Virus record (IMG/VR): IMGVR_UViG_3300037512_001384
Coordinates: 6,442-70,441 of that record
From: a virus
Length of the DNA: 64,000 nt
Reading direction: 5' to 3' (one strand)
Shown: positions 17,440-26,667 of the stretch, one piece after another
How positions within the stretch are numbered: the stretch's first letter is position 1
Layout: each line of letters begins with the position of its first letter
Notes under the pieces: model-generated
Told to the model about the DNA's origin: nothing
The model's input: only the letters and a program-made list of their open reading frames with translations
The model's database searches: none
Position numbers and translations under genes: made by a program

Positions 17440-17675
17440 AACCAGTAGAGTTTGAGGGCGTAAATACGACATACGCAAAGAATCAACCAGAGTATCTTCC
17501 ATTACCGGCACAGAGGATTAACGACAATACAATCATCACATGCTGGGAGTTGACCGATGAAGAAATCAAAGTGCTTAAAAAGACCAAGAAGCTGTGGCTT
17601 GGTGTGATGACATTCAACAAACCCTTGCAGCCGCTTCTTCCATCAGTATCAAAACAAGACATTTTAGAAGCATGA
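17436..17675 (+). CDS. hypothetical protein
   Basis: Overlapping start and stop. Confidence 0.5.
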   Translation: MKPVEFEGVNTTYAKNQPEYLPLPAQRINDNTIITCWELTDEEIKVLKKTKKLWLGVMTFNKPLQPLLPSVSKQDILEA

Positions 17676-18304
17676 ATAAGTTACAAAAATTCTTCAACTT
17701 TTTCAACCAGAAGGTACTTATATGTGACCTTGACGGCACACTGATAGAAACAAAGAGCGGTAAGACTTTTCCTGAGAATGAGGACGATTGGAAATTCAAG
17801 AAGAACATCAGGGAGGCCATCCAAGAGTATAATCCCAAGTACGTTTTCATCGTAACCAATCAAGGTGGTATCGAAAAGGGTTTCGTCGATGAAGGTAAAT
17901 TCGCAACTAAACTGAGGGTTATTAAGGATGAAATCCGGTCGTGGGGTGATTATATTGTCTATGCCACTTACTGCACCTCCAACGATAAGAACTGTAAGTA
18001 TCGCAAGCCCAACACCGGAATGATAGATTGGTTGCGTCACGATTATGTTGGCGGCAATGACTTCAACCCTCGTAATGCGCTCATGATCGGCGATGCAAGC
18101 GGTCTTATAGGTCAGTTCTCAGATACAGACTTACAGTGTGCTCGTAATGCCGGTATCAAATACATTGATGTTGCAGATTTCATTAGGGCTATGGTGCCTT
18201 GCAGCATGTGCGATTCATGCAGTCTGGGTAGGGACATACCCGTATCGCGTCCATGTGACTTTAGTAAGAGATTCAGGCTGAAGGCTAACCTTTTAAACAA
18301 GTGA
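17672..18304 (+). CDS. HAD-superfamily phosphatase (polynucleotide 3'-phosphatase / heptose-bisphosphate phosphatase-like)
   Basis: DLDGTLI, TNQGG, RKPNTGM and GDA motifs. ORF trimmed to MNKLQKF at an ATGA overlap. Confidence 0.65.
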   Translation: MNKLQKFFNFFNQKVLICDLDGTLIETKSGKTFPENEDDWKFKKNIREAIQEYNPKYVFIVTNQGGIEKGFVDEGKFATKLRVIKDEIRSWGDYIVYATYCTSNDKNCKYRKPNTGMIDWLRHDYVGGNDFNPRNALMIGDASGLIGQFSDTDLQCARNAGIKYIDVADFIRAMVPCSMCDSCSLGRDIPVSRPCDFSKRFRLKANLLNK

Positions 18305-18308
18305 AATA

Positions 18309-18620
18309 ATGAAAGCAAGAAACACTGTTACAGGCGAAGTATTTAGGGATTTTGGAATCTCTAAGGAATTTGGGACAGCATCAGGAATTGATGAGAATAA
18401 CAAATTGAGATTCTTTACGCCTGCAGATGGCGCTTTTGAGATAATTGATGAACCAGAGGGGAAAGATTGGGATGAGTTCAGATGTGATGCTGCGAGTCGA
18501 TTTATGGCGGCTGCTTATGGTAAATACGGAACGCTCTTGGAACCGCGTATAACTGCCAAACAAAGCATTCATTACGCCGACATTCTTATTGAAGAACTTA
18601 AAAAACAAAGTGATATATGA
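18309..18620 (+). CDS. hypothetical protein
   Basis: ORF-track ORF. Confidence 0.5.
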   Translation: MKARNTVTGEVFRDFGISKEFGTASGIDENNKLRFFTPADGAFEIIDEPEGKDWDEFRCDAASRFMAAAYGKYGTLLEPRITAKQSIHYADILIEELKKQSDI

Positions 18621-18799
18621 GAGACAACAACAAAAGTAGAGGCTTGGGTCTTTGCGGAGTGCTGACGGTAGTATTCGTCGTTCTTAAACTGACCCATAAC
18701 ATTGATTGGTCATGGTGGTGGGTGCTTGCTCCATTATGGGGTGGCATAGCTCTTATCATTGCCTTGTTACTAATCTTGTTAATCATTAAACTGTTATGA
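18617..18799 (+). CDS. small membrane protein
   Basis: Two hydrophobic helices, W-rich loop. Confidence 0.5.
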   Translation: MRDNNKSRGLGLCGVLTVVFVVLKLTHNIDWSWWWVLAPLWGGIALIIALLLILLIIKLL

Positions 18800-18996
18800 C
18801 TGTAAATTTCACAAACGAAAAGGAAGAGCATATTAAGAGCTGGCCCAATTGGACCGGAGTCGTTCCTCAAATCGGAGATACTGTAATCCTCAACTTTGGC
18901 GATTACAATGAAATCCCGGAGAAGCATACGGTTACAGGTCGAGTCATCGATGGAAAGAAGCCGGACAAGGTTACTCTTGTCATAAATTGGGATTGA
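18796..18996 (+). CDS. hypothetical protein
   Basis: Overlapping start and stop. Confidence 0.45.
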   Translation: MTVNFTNEKEEHIKSWPNWTGVVPQIGDTVILNFGDYNEIPEKHTVTGRVIDGKKPDKVTLVINWD

Positions 18997-18997
18997 T

Positions 18998-19465
18998 ATG
19001 GATGCGGGTATTCATTTGGGTATGGATAAAGCCCATAAGGAGTTGGAGGATGAAGCCAAGCGCATGATAGCAAGTTCGATTCTTGACGATTCACCTAAAC
19101 CGGTCTTTGTCGCTGCAGACTTTGGACAAGGAAAAGATTTGAGTTCGCTCATGCTTATAGATAAAGGCACCGGTAAAGTTGTCAGTTATGACAAAACAGC
19201 TGTCATTTCCATAAATGAGAACATGAAGATGGAAGTGCGCAAGAACGATTTTTCATATACGCCTCCTTCCGCAGAATGGAATGCCAAACTCAATTTCACC
19301 CATAAGCAGGCACGCCAGTTCCGAAAACTCAGAAGGGAAGTTGGTTTACACAAGTCACGTATTCCACGCAAAAGAAAGAAGAAGTTTAAGGCTTTTATGC
19401 GTATGACGATGCTATGCTGGCCAGATAGCGTATTCAGCCAAGTTTGCGATTATTCTAATTATTAA
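18998..19465 (+). CDS. hypothetical protein
   Basis: ORF-track ORF, followed by a terminator. Confidence 0.5.
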   Translation: MDAGIHLGMDKAHKELEDEAKRMIASSILDDSPKPVFVAADFGQGKDLSSLMLIDKGTGKVVSYDKTAVISINENMKMEVRKNDFSYTPPSAEWNAKLNFTHKQARQFRKLRREVGLHKSRIPRKRKKKFKAFMRMTMLCWPDSVFSQVCDYSNY

Positions 19466-19470
19466 CCGAC

Positions 19471-19497
19471 AGGCATTCCGACAAGGATGCCTTTTTT
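19471..19497 (+). terminator. rho-independent terminator
   Basis: AGGCAT..ATGCCT stem followed by TTTTT. Confidence 0.75.
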
Positions 19498-19509
19498 ATT
19501 TCCATAACA

Positions 19510-19806
19510 ATGAAGACTATTTTCGTTTCAATCCCCTGCACCGATCACATGGCAGAGCTGCCAGCAAGGTGCAAAGCCGCGCATGAGAAGTATGATGCGC
19601 CCGGTGTTAAGGTATTCACGCCTAAAGATGTGGTTCCGGATTCAAGCACACCCTATGCCACATGTCTGGGTAAGACCATTGAGAAGGTTCTGGAAGTTGA
19701 TGAAGTTGTCTTCGCCAACGGCTGGGCTGATTCCAAAGGTTGTACTATGGAAATGCACGCCGCACAGACCTATAACAAGAAATGGATTGTAGATGTCAAG
19801 ATTTGA
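19510..19806 (+). CDS. DUF4406 / nucleoside 2-deoxyribosyltransferase-like protein
   Basis: DEVVFANGWADSKGCTMEMHAAQ resembles the DUF4406 C-terminal block. Confidence 0.45.
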   Translation: MKTIFVSIPCTDHMAELPARCKAAHEKYDAPGVKVFTPKDVVPDSSTPYATCLGKTIEKVLEVDEVVFANGWADSKGCTMEMHAAQTYNKKWIVDVKI

Positions 19807-19827
19807 TAACGATTAAAACCAGGAGAT

Positions 19828-20028
19828 ATGACTGACGCATTATGCTTTATTGCGCTCGTGATAGCCGCTTTCGCTGTCATAATTGCTGGCGCTGTATTCA
19901 TCGCAGTAAGATGCCTCGCCGATGATATTAGGGAGCAGATTGAAGGTTTTGAAAAGCGTCTGGACAACTTCGCTGAGGCTCGGATGTTTGAAAGGAAAGA
20001 ACAACGATATCACCATGACGAAAAGTGA
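19828..20028 (+). CDS. small membrane protein
   Basis: N-terminal hydrophobic helix. Confidence 0.4.
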   Translation: MTDALCFIALVIAAFAVIIAGAVFIAVRCLADDIREQIEGFEKRLDNFAEARMFERKEQRYHHDEK

Positions 20029-20191
20029 ATTTCTCTCAGAGTACACAGCCTTACTGACAAGGTATTGTGTGAACAACAAGGATTATGAGAACATTCAGCA
20101 TAGGGATATTCTCAAAACAGACATTCCCATAAAAGCAAGGAGCAGCGTAAGAGTGCAGCTGTCCACTTACCTGACAGCAACAGATGAATAG
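20015..20191 (+). CDS. hypothetical protein
   Basis: ORF 19922-20191 trimmed to MTKSEFL. Confidence 0.35.
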   Translation: MTKSEFLSEYTALLTRYCVNNKDYENIQHRDILKTDIPIKARSSVRVQLSTYLTATDE

Positions 20192-20211
20192 ATAACCTAA
20201 AAGAAATACTT

Positions 20212-20736
20212 ATGAAACGTGATGTGTGGAAAGACGTAAAAGGCTATAAGGGTCTTTATAAGATAAACCGTGAAGGTGTTGTCATCAACAAACGAGGCAA
20301 GGTGGTAGGGACAGAGTTGTCGCAACGAGGTTACGTGCGCGTCAGACTGTATAAGAACAACGTCAAGAAGAATCATAAGGTTCACCGCTTGGTAGCCCAG
20401 GCTTTCATCCCCAACCCCAGACGTCTGTCACAGATAGACCATATCAATGGTGATAAGACGGACAACAGAGTCCAGAACCTTCGATGGATGGACAACAGAG
20501 AGAACAACAACGCATTCAAGAGTGAACATCTGAACAAGCAGCCGGTGGTAATCATCGGCTGTTTTGGTGAAATACTGAGATACTTCTCTTCATTACGCGA
20601 AGCAGCATCTGCCATAGGTGTCAGCAGGCATGGTATTTCAGCCGCCTGCCGTGGATTACAGAAGACATCAGGCGGTTATTCATGGCGTTTCGTGACTGAA
20701 GCTGAATTTGCTTTGTTCAACAGGAAGGCTGTATGA
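20212..20736 (+). CDS. HNH homing endonuclease (NUMOD4 + HNH)
   Basis: WKDVKGYKGLYKINREG, then HRLVAQAF..IDHINGDKTDNRVQNLRW..NN. Confidence 0.85.
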   Translation: MKRDVWKDVKGYKGLYKINREGVVINKRGKVVGTELSQRGYVRVRLYKNNVKKNHKVHRLVAQAFIPNPRRLSQIDHINGDKTDNRVQNLRWMDNRENNNAFKSEHLNKQPVVIIGCFGEILRYFSSLREAASAIGVSRHGISAACRGLQKTSGGYSWRFVTEAEFALFNRKAV

Positions 20737-20770
20737 CATATACGGCCCGGAGAAAAACAATATCATTCTA

Positions 20771-21745
20771 ATGTATCGAAAAAAGAAACCGGCAGGTTTT
20801 GATGAACGTCTTCAGTGGTCTATCAATTTGTTGAAGAAAGCAGAAAAACTCGCTTTGCAATATGATCCTGATGACGGATTCTATTTAGCCTTCTCAGCAG
20901 GCAAGGATTCCCAAGCATTATATCACATCGCCAAACTTGCAGGTGTCAAGTTTCAGGCTCACATGAACTTTACGAGTATTGACCCTCCAGAGGTTATTCG
21001 CTTCTGTCGCGAACATTATCCTGATGTCATAACTCATGCACCCGAGGACAGCATCTACAATATTGCCGTAAACGGGAAATATCTGCTGCCTTCACGTATC
21101 ATTAGATGGTGCTGTGCCATTCTTAAAGAGACTGGAGGTGCCGGTACGGTCTGTCTTACAGGTGTACGCAGACAGGAAAGCATCAGACGCTCCAAACGTA
21201 ACAGCGTTGAAGTTAGCAACAGCTCCTTCTCCGGGGACCTCGATGCCTTCGAGACGTGGAGAAAAGAGAAGATTGCCAAGAAGATTCAGCATCTCAACCA
21301 GGACCAATTCAGTGAACAAGACGAGGAACAAATCAGATGTATCGGCGGCAAGGATAAAATCATTGTCAATCCGATAATAGACTGGTCTGAGTCTGATGTC
21401 TGGTATTTTCTCAACGAAGTTGTGAAAGTGCCTCACTGCTCGCTATATGACAGAGGATATAAACGTATCGGATGTATCTGCTGTCCTATGGCAAATTATA
21501 AGCAGAAACTCATCGAATTGGCGGATTACCCCCATGTCAAGCGCAACTGGATAAATGCCATCAAGCGGATACGCGAGCAGGGTATCGCAAAGAATATCCT
21601 GACAGAGAACTATTTCGGCAATGGTACGGAAGACGAGATATGTGAGAACATCTTCCAATGGTGGATCAGCGGGAAATCCTATGACGAATGGTATGCTGAG
21701 ACATTCCTTCAGCAAAGGATTGATTTTGGAGAGGAACAACAATAG
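20771..21745 (+). CDS. PAPS-reductase-family (PP-loop ATPase) protein
   Basis: PP-loop FSAGKDS, C-terminal IGCICCP cysteine cluster. ORF trimmed to MYRKKKP. Confidence 0.8.
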   Translation: MYRKKKPAGFDERLQWSINLLKKAEKLALQYDPDDGFYLAFSAGKDSQALYHIAKLAGVKFQAHMNFTSIDPPEVIRFCREHYPDVITHAPEDSIYNIAVNGKYLLPSRIIRWCCAILKETGGAGTVCLTGVRRQESIRRSKRNSVEVSNSSFSGDLDAFETWRKEKIAKKIQHLNQDQFSEQDEEQIRCIGGKDKIIVNPIIDWSESDVWYFLNEVVKVPHCSLYDRGYKRIGCICCPMANYKQKLIELADYPHVKRNWINAIKRIREQGIAKNILTENYFGNGTEDEICENIFQWWISGKSYDEWYAETFLQQRIDFGEEQQ

Positions 21746-21772
21746 AATGATATTGTAACCGGCAGTAGCAAA

Positions 21773-21789
21773 CAATATGTGGGTATTGT
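21773..21789. repeat. left inverted repeat of invertible segment 2 (CAATATGTGGGTATTGT)
   Basis: 16 of 17 bp reverse-complementary to 22468-22484. The 13-bp perfect core is ATGTGGGTATTGT. Confidence 0.85.
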
Positions 21790-21798
21790 ATTTCCATT

Positions 21799-22455
21799 TC
21801 AGAATAATTCGAGTTGTGTGATTGTGGTGCCGTCTTGCAATTTGGTCTCTCCGAGGCATTCCTCCCTGAACCGCTCTTCCTGGAGGTCATAGTATTCTTT
21901 GCTTATCTCACAAGCGTAGAAGTCAAACCCCATCTTATAGGCAGCGATGCGGCTTGAACCACTTCCAAGATGGCTGTCGAATATCTTGTCACCCGGCTTT
22001 GCGAAGGTCTTTAGCAGATAGGCGTATAGTTCTATTGGTTTACAGGTGGGATGCCATACAACCTTGTCGATGTGACCGCCTCGGTTGGATATTGTGATCA
22101 GTTTGGCTGGTTTATCAAATGACGTCCAGGCAAACTCACATTGACTGAAGTTCTCCCATACCTGCTGCTTATCCCAGATGACAAAGCAACGGCAAGGAGG
22201 TAAGGGAAAGTAGTTACCTCCCCAGATAATCTGGTTCTTGCTGACGCGGAATAACTCCTTCCAATATTCTGTGGGGGGTGCAACATCCCAACTCATATCA
22301 TGGCGGTTGAGGGTGCGATTCTTAAGTTTCCCGCTCCCTTGAACAGAGGATTTCTTGAGCTGATACGGCGGGTCCACTATCGCAAGGTCAAAGAATGCGT
22401 CTGGAAGCGTCTTCATATAGGCTAAGCAGTCTGTATTGAACACTTCGCTAACCAT
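21799..22455 (-). CDS. N6-adenine-type DNA methyltransferase (DPPY), complete gene in leftward orientation
   Basis: DLAIVDPPYQL, WGGNYF, FDSHLGSGSSRIAA. It is the only complete leftward gene in the first 26.6 kb. Confidence 0.85.
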   Translation of the reverse strand: MVSEVFNTDCLAYMKTLPDAFFDLAIVDPPYQLKKSSVQGSGKLKNRTLNRHDMSWDVAPPTEYWKELFRVSKNQIIWGGNYFPLPPCRCFVIWDKQQVWENFSQCEFAWTSFDKPAKLITISNRGGHIDKVVWHPTCKPIELYAYLLKTFAKPGDKIFDSHLGSGSSRIAAYKMGFDFYACEISKEYYDLQEERFREECLGETKLQDGTTITQLELF

Positions 22456-22467
22456 TGTCTTTGGGTA

Positions 22468-22484
22468 ACAATACCCACATAATG
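22468..22484. repeat. right inverted repeat of invertible segment 2 (ACAATACCCACATAATG)
   Basis: Pairs with 21773-21789. Ends 2 nt before the ATG of the next methyltransferase gene. Confidence 0.85.
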
Positions 22485-22486
22485 TA

Positions 22487-23245
22487 ATGCTTCATGGGGA
22501 TTGCCTTGAACTTATGCGGGATATTCCGGATAAGAGTATCGACATGATTCTGAGTGATCCGCCTTATGGAACGCTAAACAAGAGCAACCCGGATGCGCAA
22601 TGGGATAAGGAAGTTGACCTTAAGGCATTATGGAGGCAATACAAGCGCATCATCAAGCCCAACGGTGTCATTCTTCTGTTCGGTCAAGGTGTCTTTGGAG
22701 CCAAGCTGATTATGAGTAACCCGAAATGGTTCAGATATGACTTCGTTTGGGATAAGGTCAGGAAATCCAATTTCCTTAACTGTAAGAAGATGCCGATGCG
22801 TCAGCATGAGCAGATATTCGTGTTCTACGGCAAGCCGCCTCTGTATAACCCTCAGATGGTCCGGTGCAAGGAGTCTCAGAAGAACCACAGCAGAGGCACG
22901 ACAGGACGAGAGCAGAAGACCTCCTGTTACGGCAAATACAACGTGACGGAAACCATAGATACCGATTACAAGTATCCCGGAACTATCGTTCGGTTTCCCA
23001 AAGGGCACAGTAAGGAAGACTGGAAGCACGGGACAACCAAACCGGTCAATCTCTTGCGTTATCTCATCAGGACATATTCCAAAGAGGGTGATGTCATCCT
23101 TGACAATTTTGCAGGATCCGGCAATACACTGATTGCCGCCATCAAAGAGAAGAGAGACTGGATAGGTATGGAGATATCGGATAAGTTCTATGCTTTGGCT
23201 CAGCAACGTATAAATGACGAACTAAGAGAACCAACTTTATTCTGA
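22487..23245 (+). CDS. N6-adenine-type DNA methyltransferase (DPPY)
   Basis: DMILSDPPYGT, YDFVWDK, LDNFAGSGNTLIAA. Confidence 0.85.
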   Translation: MLHGDCLELMRDIPDKSIDMILSDPPYGTLNKSNPDAQWDKEVDLKALWRQYKRIIKPNGVILLFGQGVFGAKLIMSNPKWFRYDFVWDKVRKSNFLNCKKMPMRQHEQIFVFYGKPPLYNPQMVRCKESQKNHSRGTTGREQKTSCYGKYNVTETIDTDYKYPGTIVRFPKGHSKEDWKHGTTKPVNLLRYLIRTYSKEGDVILDNFAGSGNTLIAAIKEKRDWIGMEISDKFYALAQQRINDELREPTLF

Positions 23246-23246
23246 A

Positions 23247-23459
23247 ATGAGCAAACAACAACGAGGTGGCGTAATCCATTTTCGCGACCGTGACAGGGAT
23301 GCATGGCCGCAATCTGATTTCAGGGATGTATATGTCAAGCCTAATATCAAGCTGCCTGAAGCACCCAAGAATCACATGATTTTAACTTGTAACCCTTCCG
23401 GGCTAAATATTTTCCATAAGAATTTCATCAACGACAACAATGAAAGAGATTCCCGATGA
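23247..23459 (+). CDS. hypothetical protein
   Basis: ORF-track ORF. Confidence 0.4.
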   Translation: MSKQQRGGVIHFRDRDRDAWPQSDFRDVYVKPNIKLPEAPKNHMILTCNPSGLNIFHKNFINDNNERDSR

Positions 23460-23715
23460 GCTGTACAACCAATTAGACTACTTGGGGTTGATTCCCAACG
23501 AAGTCCGTTCAACCAATGTAGGCAAGAGTGATTACTCCAAGCATTTCATCCAGCCCTGGACAATATGGTTGGATGCCAATCTCAACCCGTGGGATGCGGA
23601 TATAGTCAAGCGCATATTGAGGACAAAAGAAGGTGATTCCCGTATGATGGACTATGAGAAAATCATCCATATATGCGAGGAGCGTATCAGACAGCTTAAG
23701 TTCACTGCGAAATGA
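23440..23715 (+). CDS. DUF3310-like protein
   Basis: GKSDYSKHFIQPW..LNPWDADIVKRILR pattern. Confidence 0.55.
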   Translation: MKEIPDELYNQLDYLGLIPNEVRSTNVGKSDYSKHFIQPWTIWLDANLNPWDADIVKRILRTKEGDSRMMDYEKIIHICEERIRQLKFTAK

Positions 23716-24377
23716 AAAAGGTTGTAATCAAAACCGTGATGGAATATGAAGGTATGGAGTGGACATCACGGGTTGTGGACTTTGGTATTAGCCTTATGGT
23801 GGCGGCGGCTATCAACGAAGTGATTTGCGCCTTTATCATGGTGAAGGAATCCGACCTGTTCCGTCGTTCCGTCAAGCATAATGCGACAAGGGCTGTCAAG
23901 GAGGCTGAAGCCAAGCAACGTGAGTTGAAGGAATCGGCCGGGGATGGAGAGCTGTTCGCGTCTTACTCCGATGCAGTCATAGACAAGGCGCGTAACGACA
24001 TAACATTGCTGCAGCTTGCCATCAAGCAGGCGCTTGACACGCATAAAGTCAAACATTCAGATATCCTTGCTCGCGCTGAATGTGCGAGGGTATTATTGGA
24101 TATGTCAGCGAAGCAGTTCGCCAATACCATCAGGACTGCCGAATGCAGGTATCTGAAAAACTTCTATGAGCACTTCAAGGAGTTTGACATGAAGCATCTG
24201 CATGATGCATGGAAGATGGTTTGTACGGAACTGTTCGTGGGTTATAACGTTGACCTCAACACACCGACGGTGAAGGGGCTGTTCGAGTCTATGCTTAACA
24301 AGTTCTCCAACGGAGAGTACATATATGGTTGTCTGGACCAGGCGTATGAGGAATATCCCGAGAAACGACCTAATTAA
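23712..24377 (+). CDS. hypothetical protein
   Basis: Overlapping start and stop. Confidence 0.5.
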   Translation: MKKVVIKTVMEYEGMEWTSRVVDFGISLMVAAAINEVICAFIMVKESDLFRRSVKHNATRAVKEAEAKQRELKESAGDGELFASYSDAVIDKARNDITLLQLAIKQALDTHKVKHSDILARAECARVLLDMSAKQFANTIRTAECRYLKNFYEHFKEFDMKHLHDAWKMVCTELFVGYNVDLNTPTVKGLFESMLNKFSNGEYIYGCLDQAYEEYPEKRPN

Positions 24378-24391
24378 ACATCAAAATAACT

Positions 24392-25162
24392 ATGGGAAAA
24401 TTTATCATTTATTTCAAGGAGAACAGAAACGGGCATTGCGCTTATCGTTTCGTCAAGAGTTATCGTAAGGGTGGTTTCTTAAGGAAAGAGCGTATTGAAT
24501 ATACGCTGGACTTGGTTCAGGCTATGGACTTTCCGGATATGGAAGTCGTAGTCAAAGCCCACAAGCGTTTGTCTGCAGATTATCCCGATGCGGCTGTGAA
24601 CTATATGGATGTCGAGGAGTTCAGGGACAGATTCGCACTGCATCGGTTCTGGCTGATATGCAGGCATGACAATAACGGTCAACCAATCGAGTATTACAGC
24701 GGCACCGGTAAGGGACATTTCTCCTGGACGAACGACATCACTAATGCCCTGTTGGGTCTGGATGCGAAGACGCAGGAAGAAACTTTCAGGCGTATCCGTC
24801 TGACCGGTGACAGGATTACCCTCATCCCTGTCTATCTCGACCTGATCAACGACCTTCTGAACCCCAACTTCATCATCACCTGTACCAGCAAGACCGGTGA
24901 ACAGAAGACCAAGTTCTTCGCCCGCAGGGAGGGTAACAGACTGAGGTTGGTTGAGACATCCGATGCCGCCAAGAAATTCAACTACCGCGAAGGACTGGAG
25001 GCGTTCGAGACTCTGAAGATAAACAACAAGAACTTCTTATATGCCATGCTTCCTGCATTCAAGGAGAATGTGTCATATAAGAATCTGGAAGCCTATTGCA
25101 AGGCAAACAACCCGTCTCGCGCCCTGCAGATGGAGATTAAGCTGGACGCTCTGAATAAATGA
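24392..25162 (+). CDS. hypothetical protein
   Basis: ORF-track ORF. Confidence 0.5.
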   Translation: MGKFIIYFKENRNGHCAYRFVKSYRKGGFLRKERIEYTLDLVQAMDFPDMEVVVKAHKRLSADYPDAAVNYMDVEEFRDRFALHRFWLICRHDNNGQPIEYYSGTGKGHFSWTNDITNALLGLDAKTQEETFRRIRLTGDRITLIPVYLDLINDLLNPNFIITCTSKTGEQKTKFFARREGNRLRLVETSDAAKKFNYREGLEAFETLKINNKNFLYAMLPAFKENVSYKNLEAYCKANNPSRALQMEIKLDALNK

Positions 25163-25165
25163 CGT

Positions 25166-25426
25166 ATGGACCAGACAAAAGCGCAGAAACTCGTTGATGA
25201 CCTTATGGAACTCATCAACAAGGAGAAGCTGGAAGGTTCTGAACGTCTCGCGGTCGTTTCGATGTTCTTCTCCACGGAGATAGCATGTGCGTTCTTGTCC
25301 GGCGTGATAGATGACACGCTGCCTACAGACCAGGTTCTGGACGGTGCGTTTGAAATCATACGTAAGGAGGTGAAGGATGCCATCTCACATGGCGGAGTGG
25401 CAGTGGATATTAAGGGAGATTGTTGA
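25166..25426 (+). CDS. hypothetical protein
   Basis: ORF-track ORF. Confidence 0.45.
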   Translation: MDQTKAQKLVDDLMELINKEKLEGSERLAVVSMFFSTEIACAFLSGVIDDTLPTDQVLDGAFEIIRKEVKDAISHGGVAVDIKGDC

Positions 25427-25442
25427 CGTGAAACATAAGACT

Positions 25443-25667
25443 ATGACTGAGCAGGAGGGACAGGAGATCCTGGACCGTATATCCGAGTTGTTCAACGAAC
25501 ATGAACTCACACTCGGTGACGCCTTTCGGGTACTGTCCTCCATGTTCATCAGTCTCACGAATGACGTTCAGAAGAGATATCCGAAAGAGAATGTCATTGG
25601 CGAAGCGGTCAAGTATCTGAATATCATCCGATATAACGTACTACCTCCTAAAGACAGACCGAACTGA
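25443..25667 (+). CDS. hypothetical protein (start uncertain)
   Basis: ORF 25377-25667 trimmed to the first ATG after the upstream stop. Confidence 0.4.
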   Translation: MTEQEGQEILDRISELFNEHELTLGDAFRVLSSMFISLTNDVQKRYPKENVIGEAVKYLNIIRYNVLPPKDRPN

Positions 25668-25668
25668 T

Positions 25669-26619
25669 ATGGCACGATTGAAGAAAGCAGAGAGGGAACG
25701 TAGGGAGAAAGAGAGGATACACCGCGAGACTGACTGTATCAGACGTAAGGTCGTGGGTGATTTCTTTATCAGCTTCTCACGTCATATACGTCCTTGGCTC
25801 CTTGGTATGGCGGAACGGTATATCGAGAGAGGTATATACCCGATGCTGGCGCAGTCTATCCTGCCTTCCTATTACGAGGACAAGAATGACAAGGAGATAG
25901 CTGCTTTCGCGTCCCTGTTGCTGGACCCCGAATCAGAGTTTGACAGGATCCAGGCGTTCCGCGAGATGATGGGGGAGCATCCGTTTCTTTGGTTTGGTAA
26001 AAGGGATTATGTCATACTCTCTACCGGTGCCAATCAGAACAAACTGATAGGCGGCGTCCCGGGATGGAAGATAGCCAGGCTGATGGAGAAGCTATGGCAG
26101 CGAGGACGTATGGACGCTCAGGAAGGTGACGGTACATACTATGTCCTTACACCTATCATGGTGACACTGAATGTGAAGTACCTCAACTGGCTTCCGGAGG
26201 ATGCCGTACTTGATATGATAGGTGACTGCATTCCCAAGAAAGAGAGTCTTTATCGAATAAGGCTCGCATTGCTCGTTCTTTTGACGCCTGACGGCATCGG
26301 TCAGGATGTGTGGTCAGTTGAACCGGAACGTCTGAGATGTCCACTCTCAACCAAAATAACACCGTTCCTTGAAACGTGGTTTCCCGACTATACGAGATAC
26401 GGTACAAGGGAAGAGGCTATTGAGCTGTTCGACATGCCTCATCATTATGATTTCTTCTATGCTTATCTGGCTTACATGGAGATAGGCAAAAGAAAACCCC
26501 GCGAGTGCAGCAGGCTCGCCACTACATACCGACGATGGTATGACCGTGGCGATGATAAATACAGACCTGCTGTCTGGCGGGAAATAATGGACAGGGTGGA
26601 ACAACAAGACCTTGCTTAG
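25669..26619 (+). CDS. hypothetical protein
   Basis: 316-aa ORF, last gene of the rightward block. Confidence 0.5.
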   Translation: MARLKKAERERREKERIHRETDCIRRKVVGDFFISFSRHIRPWLLGMAERYIERGIYPMLAQSILPSYYEDKNDKEIAAFASLLLDPESEFDRIQAFREMMGEHPFLWFGKRDYVILSTGANQNKLIGGVPGWKIARLMEKLWQRGRMDAQEGDGTYYVLTPIMVTLNVKYLNWLPEDAVLDMIGDCIPKKESLYRIRLALLVLLTPDGIGQDVWSVEPERLRCPLSTKITPFLETWFPDYTRYGTREEAIELFDMPHHYDFFYAYLAYMEIGKRKPRECSRLATTYRRWYDRGDDKYRPAVWREIMDRVEQQDLA

Positions 26620-26627
26620 TCTTATCG

Positions 26628-26666
26628 TGTGGGGAGTAGCTGTCATGCTGCTCCCCACTTTTTTTT
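26628..26666 (+). terminator. rho-independent terminator between convergent blocks
   Basis: GTGGGGAG..CTCCCCAC stem followed by eight T. Confidence 0.8.
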
Positions 26667-26667
26667 G

